The notes under the pieces are model-generated. The model worked only from the letters and a program-made list of their open reading frames with translations. It had not been told where the DNA came from and searched no databases. Shown in pieces: positions 39,620-53,261 of a stretch of 64,000 nt of DNA (position 1 is the stretch's first letter; every line of letters starts with the position of its first letter). The stretch spans positions 5,084,001-5,148,000 of the forward strand of contig JANJGN010000041.1 in the NCBI GenBank assembly GCA_026770705.1, in the 5' to 3' direction. The position numbers and the translations under genes are program-made. The DNA is from Isurus oxyrinchus. Its lineage: Eukaryota.

Positions 39620-41050
39620 CATCCAGACAGGTGTAGCATATCCCATCATACTCCTGATTTGACTATTTAAATGGAGGAAAGGTTTTGGAGACTCAGGGGG
39701 TGCGTTGCTCACAACAGCATTCTCAGATTCTGACCTGCCCTTCTAGTCACAGTTTCTTGTCAATGGTTTGTCCAAGTATGGTGAAATTGGATTTTTAAGC
39801 GATGGTGATGTCATTAAAACTCAAGGACATTTTGATGGATACTCCTTCGGTTCAGTTGGTCATTGCCTTTCAATTTTGTGGGATGCAAATTACCTGTCGA
39901 ATTTCAGCATAAGTATGGCTATTGCCCAGGTATGGATGGACATGGGCATGGATGTTATTAGCATAGGTTCTGTCGCGAATGGTGCTGAACTTTGAACAAT
40001 TGTCAGCGGACACAACCTTCTCCCAGTAGCCCACACCCTACCCACCACACCAAACCTCTTTCTGTGTTTTAAATGAAAATAATTTCATTGATGCAGCAGC
40101 TTAAGATGGCTGTGTTCAGGGCACAGCCCTCAGGCTCTCGTCAAGTTATGTCATGGGAAACAAAGAATAAAGAAAAAAATCCTTTTCACTTGATATGACT
40201 TCAAGCACTGGGGACTTTGCTCCTTTTTCTTATTGACTAAAATTCTGATAGCCCTCCTTGACACCATAGTGTGATAGCTGTTGTCTTGATATAAAACACT
40301 GCTCCTCTCTCCTCACCTTATGAGTACAGCATTTGAACATGTTTCAACCAAGGTTGAACCGAGAGTTGGAGTTCACACGAAGCAAGAAGTGAGCGTCAGT
40401 GAGCAGTTTACTGTGAGTATCTGGCGATTGAAAGCATTGTCCATGATACTTTTCATCACTTTCATCATGATGAGGTGGAGGCAGACGGTGCTGTAATTAG
40501 ATTGCTTGGATTTGGCGTGTGTTTTTGTGGATAGGCATATCTGTGAAAATGCTGACATTTTTGCATCGATGCCAGTATTTTAGATGCACCATAGGAGCTT
40601 CGATAAAGTAGTCTTATTCAGGAGCAGTGATCTCCCATACTATTGGCATTGTCTAAAATTACCCTTAGCCTCTGCATCATCCAGATCCTTCTGTCATTCC
40701 TTAAATTCGAGTGCTGAGAATCACATTGTATTACGCCTGGCATCTGTGTTGCTTTTTATCCAATGGAGGAGGCTGGGATGGTTCATCCACCCGTCACTTC
40801 AGGGTGAATGTGACTGCAAATTCTTCAGCCATGTATATGCACTGGTGCACAGTGCTACACAGTCATTTCCGATGGGGATATTGGTGGTGATCCGTCCACC
40901 AGTGAGTTGCAGAATTTTCCACCGCCATTCAAGGCGACTGTGACTTGACTTCAGAGCTGAGCTATCGTTACTTGGTAGGGCGATCAATGAGCCCTGCTTT
41001 TCTGATGCTGAATACGCTGTTTTGCCTGCAAGTAGCCTTGTCTTCAAATT
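39620..41050 (-). mobile_element. Second CR1/L2-group LINE family fragment (intronic)
   Basis: Minus ORF 40373-40558 reads KSKQSNYSTVCLHLIMMKVMKSIM, a degraded KS.P.NYRPISLLSI.SKVME. Similar to 22100-22900. Confidence 0.65.
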
Positions 41051-44000
41051 CAACAGGTGAAGCCGTGTTGGTAGGAATGGTCACTGTTGCTGTGGACATA
41101 TGACAGATGTCAGCAAAGTTCCTTCATTTGTGCACTTGACCTCGAAAGCATGGAAGGACAACAGCAGAAGAGGCATGGGAACACTCTTAATTACAAAGTC
41201 CTTTCCATGTCTCGCACCAAGTGGACTTGGAGATGTATCACCATTCCTTGACTGTCACTGGATCAAAAACCTGGAAATCCATCACTCGTAGCATTTTGTC
41301 TGCACCCGCTTCATATGGACTCCAAAGCTAGAAACACCTTATTTTCAAGAAGAATAATTGAAAACAGAAATAAAATTACTAATCTTGTCAATATATCCAA
41401 AGAAAAAAAAAATCCATGATGAACGAGTAATGAAGAGTGATATTCTTTTTGTATTGAAATGACGGCCCTGGCTTTTGCTTTTTTTCGAGCTCAACAAAGA
41501 ATAACTACAATATCCATGTTTAAATATAAATTATTTCGAACAATACTGGTCCCAAACTGAGAATGTATATTTTGAATTCACTCCTGAATATCCAAATCTT
41601 TAACCAAAAAAATTGGCTGAAATTTTCGTCTACATTTCACATCACTCCCCCACCCTCTAAAGGCCCCTCTCCCCATCACCCACCCACCTCAAACATGCCG
41701 AATCTGCACGCAGATCAATGACATGCATCGGCTATAATGATGTCAGTTACATGAACCTCCCCGGTTTCAGATGGAGAACAGTTACAAGTTACTAATTAGC
41801 CACTTATTGAGTTTCTGAACGACACAACCGAATGTTTTCTTGATTCGTGCCTTGCATTTGCCATGGCCCAGACGAGAGAGAAAACATATTTCTGTGCAGC
41901 TACCATCAGAACAGAATCGCGTGGAAGAGAGGTTCTGCGTCCGGGTCCATGATTAAATGCAGCAACAGATGGTGCTGGGGAAGGTGGCAGCGGCTTCAGG
42001 ATTACTTTTCACTTTTCTTGTTTCTTGCCTGAGCTTTCAACAAAAAATATTTTTGGCAAAACCGTTTCTGAGATCAAGTGGTCTTGAGCTTGCAGCCATA
42101 CCGACTTCCTGTTCACAGCATTACACTCTGTCGCAGGATGTTCAGGCTTTCACTGCCGATTGGACGCATACCCTATTGTGCATCACTCATTGCCTCTTCA
42201 CAGTGGCAATTTAATTAATTGTGGAGCTGGAGATGGTCTATGGGAGAGTGTGGAGGGAAAGGGCTAATTTTACATTTCTCCAATCTCACCTGCCTAAAAA
42301 CGTAAAATCCATGCCACTGTCTACTTATTATAATGATTCTGTATGATTTTAAATCACGATTACGTTTTGCACATGCACCGGAGGATCTGTGTCACTTCTC
42401 TAGTGTAACTGCTGCTGACTGTATACTTAATTTGCTAGGTAAATAGTGGATAATCGTTTGGATAGGTCACTATTTAATTAGGTAGATAATTGGGTGCTTC
42501 ATTCCTGCGCAACTTCAATGTTTAATTCGGAAAGAAATCTGGAAATATACTGATAATTTATTGGATAACAGTTTTGATAATGAATTTGTTCAAACATTGG
42601 CTGCTTCATTGTATAATTTTTTTCAATTACTCTATATTTGAACCTGTTTCCTTATTTAAAGTGTGGCCAGTACAGTTTCAAGTGATGATAATTTGGCGAA
42701 CAATCTTTGTATATTTCACAATAGCGCACAGATAATTATGCCTCTCAGTTTAAATGCATGTCATTGTCGGAATATAAATATTCGGTTTGCTCAAATAATA
42801 ATAGGTATTGGGTAAATGAAGGTAAATTTTCGTTTTTGACATTTATTTCAGCTGCAGCTGTGTCAAAATAGCTTCGATTAATAAAGCTTCCACCTTTTCC
42901 AGTTCAACCTACATTCCTAACAGAAACCCAAAATTTAATTTTGATCTATTGCCTAGCGTTTTCAAGGCTGTTTGTGATTACCTTTGACAGCTCCATTAAG
43001 TCCATCAATATTTGATGCTTGCATTCGAGTTAGAGAATTGTGAATTGGGGGCTGCCAACTGGGCTGTGTATGTAATGCAAATAGATACTTGCTTTTTTAT
43101 GTGTGGTCAAACATTGCCAATTTACAATCTGATCCAAAAATGTAAAAAAACTATTTATCTTTATCCGACTATTTTGCATTACTTCATTCAAAGTTCATCT
43201 GAATCATTAACCAACAACATATTGAAATAACATGATCCAATATGTTAATTAACCACCCGTTTATAGACCATCAATGCATTGTTATTTCCCTACATTCAAG
43301 TTTGCGAAAAATCTACGCTCAGTCTGCACCATGTTGCATAGCCTGGAAAACAGTTGATAATTGAAATAACTCTCTATCTACTCATCCCATTGTTTTGCGC
43401 ATGTGCATTATCCATTCATTAATCTGTGCCTTCCAAATCTGACCGCGGATTTCGGTTGGAAAGCTATTCAGCACCCTTGAAGGAGCCATGACATCCTCTC
43501 CTATAACAGCGCCAGCAGAACTAAAAACAAAATTTCGGCAGCAAGCCGATTACCCACTTTCGATAATAATTCAAGCTAGAGTTATTTAATTTGATTTTAA
43601 ATGCCGAAAATAATCTAGCAAACGTGTGCATCAAGTTATTACATATCTAGCAGCTACAAATTAGTTCAGAAATATTCACTTAGAAAATATAATCTTCAAA
43701 ATTCAAATGGACATTCACTATCTAAAGAACAGAAAGCATAATGCAACCGTGATTATCTGAGGCTCACATCAATTTCGCTTAACTTACATAGATGATTGGG
43801 TTTCATCGGTAATCAGTATAAATGTCTGAAGTTAATCTTGTGGAAAATAATGCAGCATTGAATAACGGCGTTAATTCTCGAAAAATGTTCCTGCATTTTG
43901 AAAAAAAATATGCATTTTAACAAATAATGCTAAGATTCATGTGTTTTATGAACCTGGCCAATCTGAAATGAAATAAGCTGTAGAGGATGTTAATTTAAAC

Positions 44001-44259
44001 ATGGGTGTGATAGGTGTAATGTCTCTTTCGTCAGTTTATCGACAATTCGTAATTTCACTTTTCTGAACATATATTAGTTTAAAGATTCAAATTGATTTCC
44101 CCATCACCTTCAATCTTTATGACGATCTTTCGCACTTGATGCCCAGCAGAAATCAATTTTCAGCTTCATATTTAAAATCACTTCACACGGATGCTGCGCT
44201 TGAGATGCCCTTTCTGCCCTTTTGGCAAAAAAGTGAATGGTTTTGCAGCCGATCAATTA

Positions 44260-45110
44260 ATGGGAACTCTGTCCTGTCTACTAGGAAGTAAAACGCTAGT
44301 TATGACCTCAGTACAATCACATCATCGAATTGGTCATTAACTTTGCTTTGCAAGAAATGTGCCCCTATGGCCAATAAACATTGCCCACTCAATCTGATAG
44401 CAATGTCACCGTTCCCACTCCGCCATTAAATTGCCCTATTGATCAGGACTGACTCCACCCATTCTGCATAGCAATGTTGCTTCACACCTTCTGCAATGAA
44501 TTAGCGATGCATTCACCTGAAATAATGCTGCACAATGCCCAGCCAGAATATCAATCTTACATTACTCATTCTGACTTAAAACACATGACTGATCAGCTCT
44601 CATTCATGAATAAAACTTCTCTCTGTGAACCTGCATAGGAATGTCACTTTGTACTGATTGTCATTGTACCGCCACCGTGATAACTGCAGTGTAAACTTGC
44701 ATTCAGCCTTGTCTATGCTGTCTTTTATGTAGCTCAGTGACCATTTTCTGGTCGTATGTTTTTGCCATTCAATCTTTCATCCTCTCAAGCATTCAGAGTA
44801 TGCTCGTGCCACTGGACAATATTTTACCTTCAAGCTGGATGTCCTGTAGCACAGTAATGCTTCCCAGTATTTATCACATCTGTAGACCACCCATATGCAT
44901 TGCAGCAATACCTCTTCCAGAGTATAAGTCAACTTGGCACAGATACTATTTTGCGCATTAATTTCCCATTTCACATTGTACCAACACACATGAATTGCCA
45001 CTTTACACCTCCCATTTACCTTCTATTATTCACGATGCCCAGCCATTTGTTTGCTTTCAAATTTTCCAGGTCACATTCGCCCTCAGTAATCTCAATCATT
45101 ACTAAACAAT
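44260..45110 (-). mobile_element. Old CR1 ORF2 fragment (intronic)
   Basis: Minus translation LLQCIWVVYR..WEALL resembles the CR1 endonuclease GV.YRPP segment. Confidence 0.5.
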
Positions 45111-45341
45111 AGTCGCCTAGTTTACGTTGAATATGGTCATTTCAAATTACGAATTATCAACTGAGGTTTTCCTTCCCTATCTACTTTGATTCGGTCCAGT
45201 TTAAATTTAGAACATGCTCGCCTCGGAATGTAGACTGTGCAGATTTGGGTTGAAAGCACAATCCTTTGCTGCAACAGGAACAAAATTAGTAATGTTCATT
45301 TGTGTCGTCTATCTCTTGCTCTCTTTATCCCTCTCTTACAG

Positions 45342-46198
45342 TTAATCTTGTTGCGATTGTGATTCTTTCCCGAGGAAACTGTGGCCTTTCCAAATGTATT
45401 AGCCACTATATGATCGCCATGGCCGTGGCAGATCTCCTGGTTGTTTGTGCTGAAGTCATACTGAAAAATACGCTGGATATTTATTTCCCTGTTTTATTCT
45501 TGACCACGAGCACGGTGTGCCCTCTAACTGTGATTTTGACTTACGTAGTCATATCAGCCTCTGTCTGGTTAACAGTGGTGTTCACCTTCGATCGTTTTGT
45601 GGTCATATGTTGTAAGAAGCTGCGAAAAAATTATTGCACAGGGACAACAGCGGTAGTTGTCATATCAGTGGTGAGTGTGTTGAGTTGTTTGATAAACATT
45701 CCCTGGTACTTTGCGTTTGAAACTGCATATATAATGGAAAATGTAAATCGTGGTTGTGTCCTAACACAGAATTTTTTCATTTCTGCTGAATGGGCCGCAT
45801 TTGACTTGTTTACCATTATCTTGACGCCATGTATTCCATTTATCCTAATTTTGTTGCTAAATGTTTTGACGGCTAGACATATTTTGGTGGCCAGTAAAGT
45901 TCGCAGATGTCTCCGCGTTTGCAACAAGGATTCTGAAATAGAAAGCCGAAGAACGTCCATTATTTTACTCTTCAGTATAACCGGGAGCTTTATATTGCTC
46001 TGGACAACTCCGGTTATATATATTATCTCTTTGCATGTAACAGTCACATCGAATTCTGGCGCAAATGCACTTCAGTCAGTTGGATCCATGCTTGGGATCC
46101 TCAGTTGCTGCACAAATACATTCATTTATGTGCTGACACAGGCTAAGTTTAGGAAGGAGCTGAAGAACGGAATGCAGTATCTTGTGAAATTGGGATAA
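45342..46198 (+). CDS. GPR139-like GPCR paralog 2, coding exon 2 (spliced protein 308 aa)
   Basis: Acceptor ctctctttatccctctcttacag ends at 45341, with an open frame to TAA at 46196-46198. Motifs: CGLSKC, MAVADLL, FTFDRFVVICC, ILTPCIPF, ILSCCTNTFIY. The 70 + 857 nt give 927 nt, or 309 codons including the stop. Confidence 0.92.
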
Positions 46199-46418
46199 AA
46201 TTAGGCAAATTACAGTGGAATACCCGTTCACCATTTCAGTAGGACATGAGGTTTGTGCCTTGAATGAACTCATGTTAGGAAAATGCTAGTAACAACGTTG
46301 AAGCATTCTGCATAAAATAATATCCTACTAAAAATGTTCATTTATACTATAATTTCAAACTGAACTCCTTTTCACAATATACAGTATTGAATGGTGATTT
46401 GTATGTTGTGATAATATT

Positions 46419-46434
46419 AATAAATGATAATAAA
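46419..46434 (+). terminator. Candidate polyadenylation signals of GPCR paralog 2
   Basis: AATAAA at 46419-46424 and 46429-46434, about 220 nt after the stop. Confidence 0.4.
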
Positions 46435-47859
46435 ACGTACTGAACCTCCACTGTTAGCTGTGCAGAGATTGAAAGGGTGAATTGTGATGCCAGCTGCTGA
46501 CAGCCTGGTGTTCATTGGAACAGTTGTTCTTATCAACATAAGAACACCCCAAACATCAGCAGCTGCATCACGATAACTCGACAAATGTAACATAGACAAA
46601 CATCAGGAATTTCCTACAATCTACTCTGGGCCAAATAGTACATAGGGGGAATTTTCAGAACATGTTTCATGAAGTCTGGCACCCTGCAAATGTCGGACAG
46701 TTGCACAAAGAGCTGCTGCTCCAAGTTCCATATACCTCAAACGATTGAAACAAGGAAGGCCCGGTCATCACGTGTTTTGTTAAAAGTCGGGTATTGACGC
46801 AATTGATCACACATTCCCACGATCCACAGTGCACAGAGACGACACCATATAAAGGATTCAAAACTTTTAAATGCGATTACCCTACGATTCATTTGAAAGC
46901 ACAAATGAAATCATACTTGTTTTTGCACGATTAATGGGACTACCTCCTCCCTACATGTTCATTCACAACACTCTCTGTCTCATGTTATCTGGTCCTTTCA
47001 CACATACAGCCTTCAAATGGCTGTTATCATATTCTCGAATGTTTTAATATGTTTGACTTTATAGCCACTCATCAATGTAGTATATGACGCTTCGACCAGG
47101 TATCAGCACGATTTCCCAGCCAAGAAACGTCTGATCACACGTGGCCCTCCCACCAACTTACGTCTTTGTATACCTATGCATATTGAATGTGAAAAAATGT
47201 AAAGCAATTGTTCTCGTCGCATATTCTTATCATTTACCTAACTTAATTGTCATTCGTAGAAAGCAACCATTGACAGGCTACAGCACAGAAGCAGACTATT
47301 TGAACCGTCCTTTCCTTACTGTGTCTCTGCAGGAAGATGCAGGCGGCAGCCACTCTTCCAGCTTCTCCCTATTATCTGGGTCATTCGTTTTTTCTCAGAT
47401 TTAAAATTCAAAATCCTCTTGATCATTATTAGTTACCCACTCCAAACACCGGGTATAATGATTGGCCAGAACAACTGCCAGTTAAAGCAGCATTAAGTAG
47501 AAAACCACAACCGTTGTCCTTGAATAAATAAACATTAAAAACAAGACAGATTCGGTCATGGCATGAGGGGCATAGCTGGCACGAAGAGCAATTATTGTCA
47601 ATCTTTAATTGCTCTTGCAGCAAATAATATGTGCTCCATCCTTCTGAGCAGCTGCAGTGTTTCTGATATCTTCGCCCTGGCTGCTTAGGGCCTGAATTAC
47701 TAATTTCCCAGATCACCAGCTCAGCTAGCACTCTTTTCTAAATGTTTAATCTGGCTTTTCGGCAACTGGACTTTATATATATGCACCCCGACTGCTCAGC
47801 TTCCAGTTCTTTCTGTTCCTGAAGGAACCTAAGTTCCACAAAGTAATGCCACGACTCAA

Positions 47860-48772
47860 CACTGTTTAGGTCCTTCATCAATGACCTGCTCTCCAGCTTA
47901 AGGTCGGAAATGGGGATGTTCGCTCATGATTCCGCAATGTTCAACACAATTCATGATTCCTGAGATAATGAGGTTGTCCATTGCCAAATGCAGCATGTTC
48001 AGGCTTCGGCTCACAAGTGGAAAAGGACATTTACAGCATACAAGTACCAGGCAATGACTATCTCCAAAATAGAAAATCAAACCATTGCCCGTCAACTTTC
48101 AATGACATTACCATAGCCGAAAATCGTACTAGCAGCATTGTAGTGGACATCATTGACCAGAAACAACATAACTGGATTGGCCAATAAACACAACGTTTAC
48201 AAATGCAGTTGAGATGCCAGGAATCCTGTAGCGAATAACACAAGTGCTGACACCCCAATTCCTTTCCACCATTTACAAGACAGGAATTTCATGGTACTTG
48301 CTGGGAATGCTTGCAGCTCCAATATTAGTCAAGAAGCATGATAGCATCTGGGATAAATCAGCCATTTTTTGACACCACATCAATGAACGTTGACACTCTC
48401 CACCACTGATGAACAATGGCAGCAGTGCTTAATATCTGCAAGGTGCGCGGCAGGAATTCTGGAAATCAACTTGGACAATACAGTCCAAACCCACGAAGGA
48501 TAATGGGCAGCAGGTTTATGCGAACATGACTATTTGGAAGTTCCCCTCCAAGCTACTCACCAGCTTGATTTGAAATGATATCCCTATCCCTTCCTTGTCA
48601 TCGTGTCAAATTCCAGGAACTCCATCCCCAAGGGCACTATGCGTGCAGAGTAGCCAGAGGGACTGCTGCGGTTCAAGAAGGCAGCTCCACACCACTTTCC
48701 CTAGGGTACCTATGTCTGGGCACTAAACACTTTGCGAACGACTGGCACCAACATCCTCTTAACGAATAATAA
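47860..48772 (+). mobile_element. Second CR1/L2-group LINE family, RT to 3' end
   Basis: TTCATCAATGACCTG...GGGATGTTCGCTCATGATT (FINDL..GMFA.D). Ends ...AACATCCTCTTAACGAATAA. Confidence 0.8.
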
Positions 48773-49329
48773 TATATAATTGTCCCTCTGGCTGCACAGC
48801 TACTGCGCTTCCCATTTTTCCAGTCTGTCAGCTCTGTTCTACTATAGCCAAATCACTTTCCTAGCTAATACTTACTGCTTCTTATAAAACTAACCTCTAG
48901 CTATTTAGCTCCCGGACTTTTATAAATCTCTGCTCTGGGGGAAGAGTGCCTTTTACCTTCCAATCTGTGTTTTGATTATCTGAGGCACGCTTTTTTTTTA
49001 TCTCTGTTATGGGGGTGCAGCCCCTTTCTAATCTTTGCTTTTAATATCTCTCTCTAGCTCTTTTTAAATCGCTCCTCTGGCCACTCAGCTTCCGCTCTTT
49101 TTACATATCTGCCATAGTGCCTCAACTACTCCTCTTTCTAAAAAATATCACCTGTTCGTGCACAGCTCCCAGCTCGCTCTAAATCTCTGCTCTCACTGTT
49201 CAGCTGCAGCAGTAAAAGAATAATTAAACCTGCCCTGACTGCCAAGTGTCTAGCCCGGAATTGGAGACTGTTGAGTTTAATTAAGAATGATCACTGGTTT
49301 GTAGCACCACCGTATCTGAGGAAGTGGGC

Positions 49330-50240
49330 AAAATCTACAAAGGTTGAAAATAGTGAATTCTTCTGACGCACTTCCCACTGAAGATTTAACATATGGTCCA
49401 GCAAATTCGCTAGATGTATTCAAAAAAAAGACGATAGTTATTACAGTAAGGAGGGAGTTTGTGAAAATCATCGGAAGTGCCTATGTCGTTCCAAATGATG
49501 ATGAGAACGAAATTTTCAGCAGATCTAAAAGCACTGGAAATGTTAAACGGAGAAAGGGTTGAAACAAATTGCCTGGTTTACACGAAAAATCGCTGATGAA
49601 ACCTTTTCATTCTGCTGCAAATTATACGTCATAGAAACCACATGCAGATTATGCAAGGAATGCGGCAGTGTCTGGAATCATCTCAGTGATAGATTGCAAT
49701 GTCATCGAATTATCTAAGGACAATATTCAAAGCGCAACAAAATGAATTGAAAGAAAGCGAATGATCCCAGAAATGGAGGTACTGGATGCGGAAGCACAGA
49801 GATATATAAACAAGGTGAGGATAAATGACAAACAACGTTGACAGGCATTATTGCAGCCGTTCAGTTCTAGATGAGCAGAACTCAGAGTTTTTTCGGACAC
49901 CTGCAAGGCTTTTTGAGCACACCATTGAATCATTTCTGGGAATAATTGCCTTTGGAGCTAACTTCGACCATCTGATGCATGGATATGCCCCATGCAGCAT
50001 AAAGTAAATATACTCCTGACCATTTTCTTGTACCTCGTATTCAAAATGAGCTAATTTCGATGATGACATTGCAGGTGAAGAAATTGAACTTTATTGTAAA
50101 CACGAAGGCTGCAATACACCTTCTGCTTCTTCTTGTCATTACCCCTGGTCTGACTGATGAAGATCAGTTATTCCTTGTGCTTCGTTAGCTTGATCTGTTT
50201 TCTGAAGATGTGAATCGAAGGGAGGATTTGATTCATTCTC
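49330..50240 (+). mobile_element. hAT-superfamily (Tip100/ZMYM1-like, DUF4371-type) transposase fossil
   Basis: Broken translation MLNGERVETNCLVYT..DETFSFCCKLY (TTF-type zinc finger), LDEQNSEFFGH (LAEQNLAFRGH), HFLVPRIQNELISMM and KAAIHLLLLLVITPGLTDEDQLFLVLR*LD (KYFSIILD.TPD.SH.EQLS.VLRYVD). Confidence 0.75.
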
Positions 50241-50599
50241 TGATGATTCAAAACAAAATTTAGTAAGGCCTTTCTGTTTCTCTCAATGATGCGCCAAATG
50301 GGCTTGGCCTTCGCATCACTGTGAGAGGCAGGGACTCAACAATCAGGTAAATATTAAGGATCAGAAACGAGGCGTACAGGCCTGCCCCCTTCAACACAAC
50401 CGTTGAAGCTTTTTAACCCCATGAGGCTGCCACAACTTATCTCTGGAATTGGAAGAAACAGCAAACTGTAGTTCTAAACAATGAAACTGTTTTGGAGTTG
50501 TGCAGGGAAATTAAAGAATTATTACAGTTTGAAACAACAAATGACATATATTGAGAGCGGAAGCTTCCTGGATAATGTTAAAGTCGTTGTCAGACTGTT

Positions 50600-52260
50600 G
50601 GTGGAATGTCTAGTATAGAGTGCAAATGCAATATGTTACCAAACAGCTGATGTCAGGAAGGCATTGATTACAGAAAGTGGCAACTCAGCGTTAAAATAGA
50701 GACTTAGTCCATGATCAACTACGAAGTTAAAGGTTTCGAATTTTGCTTGGCAATGGTTGAGTGGCACAACAGCATATTCGCCAGAAGCATTGTGACCCAG
50801 AATATTTAATACTTCGATATGCAGCTTTGTGGGGCTTTAGCATTTCAGAGGGATGGCGAAAATGAAAAGCAGGCTCCGTAGCACTCGTAATAAGCTAAGA
50901 TATTATTTGTAATAGCGGACCTTTCATTAAACGATGATGGGCCAATTTGTGAGGAGTTGGGAAACATCAAGGGGATCAAATATTTGTGGGAGTTGTGAAT
51001 AGCCCAGCAAACCACGGTGCTAAATTGTGGCGTGGTATACATCAGGAAATTCGAGCTGAATGTAACATGGTTAAAGCAGGAAAATTAGAAACTTCAGTTT
51101 GCAACAAGACCATCGTTAAGCAAATCAGCACTAATAGTATGCAAGAGGAATTCATTGAATGTATACTAGCTTGGTTTCAGAACTAGTAAGTTGAGGAGCC
51201 AACTTGGAATCGAGCTAGACAGGATTTAGTGCTTGATCATGCGAAAGACTCAATGCATTTCCGTGCTCTCAATTAGTCTTCGGGAAATAGTCACAATAAA
51301 GTGATTGAATTTTGCAATAAGTATGACAGCGATATGCTGAATCCTGAAACTTGGTGGTTAAATCTGAAGAAAGAAAATTGTGAATGTAAGAGAGGCAAGT
51401 TGGCTATAATAGATTTCGAAAGTAAAGGAAAAGGTTTGTTAGTGGACAGGGAATGGCGAGTATTTAAGGAAATAATGCACTGTCTACATCAAACAAGCAT
51501 TCATCGAAAGCTCAACACAGAGACAGAAAGAAAACTCAACCGTTGTTTCCAAATGAAGTTAGATATCACACTTCACGAAATGAAATGATTTATCATGGCA
51601 CAAGAGAAGAAGTGGTAAATCTGAGGTTTGGGAGAACTTTAGAACCCAGCAAGTGAGGACAAAGACACTGATTTATAAATGGGAAGAGAATGTCATGCAA
51701 TCCAGCGAGGAACATAAAGCGCAAGTCTCGGAACTTTACATGTAGGTAGGGGAATATTTATCATGGAGAACAGGGAAACATCATGGTAACGAAACAATAA
51801 CTTTTCGCCTGTCGTCACAGAAGAACTTATAGAATATTTCCAAGATAAGCTAGGCAACCAAATGAGTTGTGAAACAGGGAAGTGAAAAGGAATAAATAGT
51901 TTTACAGGAAACGGTAGTGCTTGAAATGTGAACTGGATTGAAGGTTAAATAATTTGCCGGACTAGAATTGCTTCATCTCAAGAGTGCTGAAGGAGGAGGC
52001 TGAAGAAACAATGGTTGCATTGTTTGTTTTGTTTCAAAATTCTTTAGTTTCTGCAAAGCCTCCAGCGAATTTTAAAATATCAGATGTTGCATCACAATTG
52101 AAGAATGTAATAAGATGGTCGAGGGAGAACTGCAGTCATGTTAGTTTGACATAAGAATTCTGGGAAAAGTTATTAGTACGGAGGTGATAACTGGGTATGT
52201 AGTAAAGAATGATAACATTGCACAGTGTGATCAAGGATATATGAAAGGGAAATCATGTTT
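50600..52260 (+). mobile_element. Decayed CR1 LINE ORF2 (endonuclease to RT start)
   Basis: Degenerate YVEEPT..A..DLVL, GNSHNKVIEF, VDREWRVFKE, HLRVLKE and QGYMKGKSC segments. Confidence 0.75.
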
Positions 52261-52720
52261 GAAAAACAATTAAGCAACTCACTGCATAAAGAGACTCCAC
52301 ACATATCCAGATTTTAAATGCTGCGAGGGCCCAGCATATCAGTGGAAAATGGAAAGCTGAAGCACTCTCAACGGTACCGAATGGATGAGGCAACCTGCCC
52401 TCCTCCGTAGGTTCCCAAAATTACAGATGTTAGTCTTCAGTCAAGTTTATTCACACTCTGTGATATCAGGAAGCCGCTGAACATCTGGATACTGCAGGAC
52501 GGTGGGCACGAGAATATTTCGGCAATTGTACTGAATGCTTGTGCACTCGATAGTGCCCTATGACATAGCCATGCTGCTCCAGTACAGATTCAACACTGGC
52601 ATCTACTCAATTATCAGAAAAATCGCCCAGGTACGAGGTACAGAAAAATGCAGCACAAGCCCAACCTGTTCATTAACAGTCGCGTGAGCCTCCATTTGAT
52701 AATCAGGAAAGTAATGGAAG

Positions 52721-53228
52721 AACACCTGCGGTCTGTCCGCAAGAATGACCCAAACCTCCCTGTCGCTTGCCATTTTAACACTCCACCCTGCTCTCTTGCC
52801 CACATGTCTGTCCTTGGCTTGCTGCATTGTTCCAGTGAAGCCCAACGCAAACTGGAGGAACAACACCTCATCTTCCGACTATGCACTTTACAGCCTTCCG
52901 GACTGAATATTGAATTCAACAACTTTAGGTCGTGAGCTCCCTCCCCCATCCCCGCCCCCTTTCTGTTTCCCCCTTCCCTTTTTTTCCAATAAATTATAAA
53001 GATTTTTCCTTTTTCCACCTATTTCCATTATTTAAAATAAAACACCCCCACTAGAGCTATACCTTGAGTGCCCTACCATCCATTATTAATTAGCACATTC
53101 GTTTAGATAATATCACCAACTTTAACTTTAACACCTATGTGTTCTTTTGTACTATTGTTGTTGACATCTTTTGATGATCTGCTTCTATCACTGCTTGTTT
53201 GTCCCTACAACCACACCCTTCCCCCTCC

Positions 53229-53261
<33 letters not shown>

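Noticed and set aside
45302-45341. N-terminal extension MSSISCSLYPSLT of the ORF-track GPCR
   Set aside because: It starts at GTG within the polypyrimidine tract. The true N-terminus comes from exon 36984-37053.
52614-53018. 134-aa minus-strand ORF
   Set aside because: Antisense shadow of the Penelope GIY-YIG frame.
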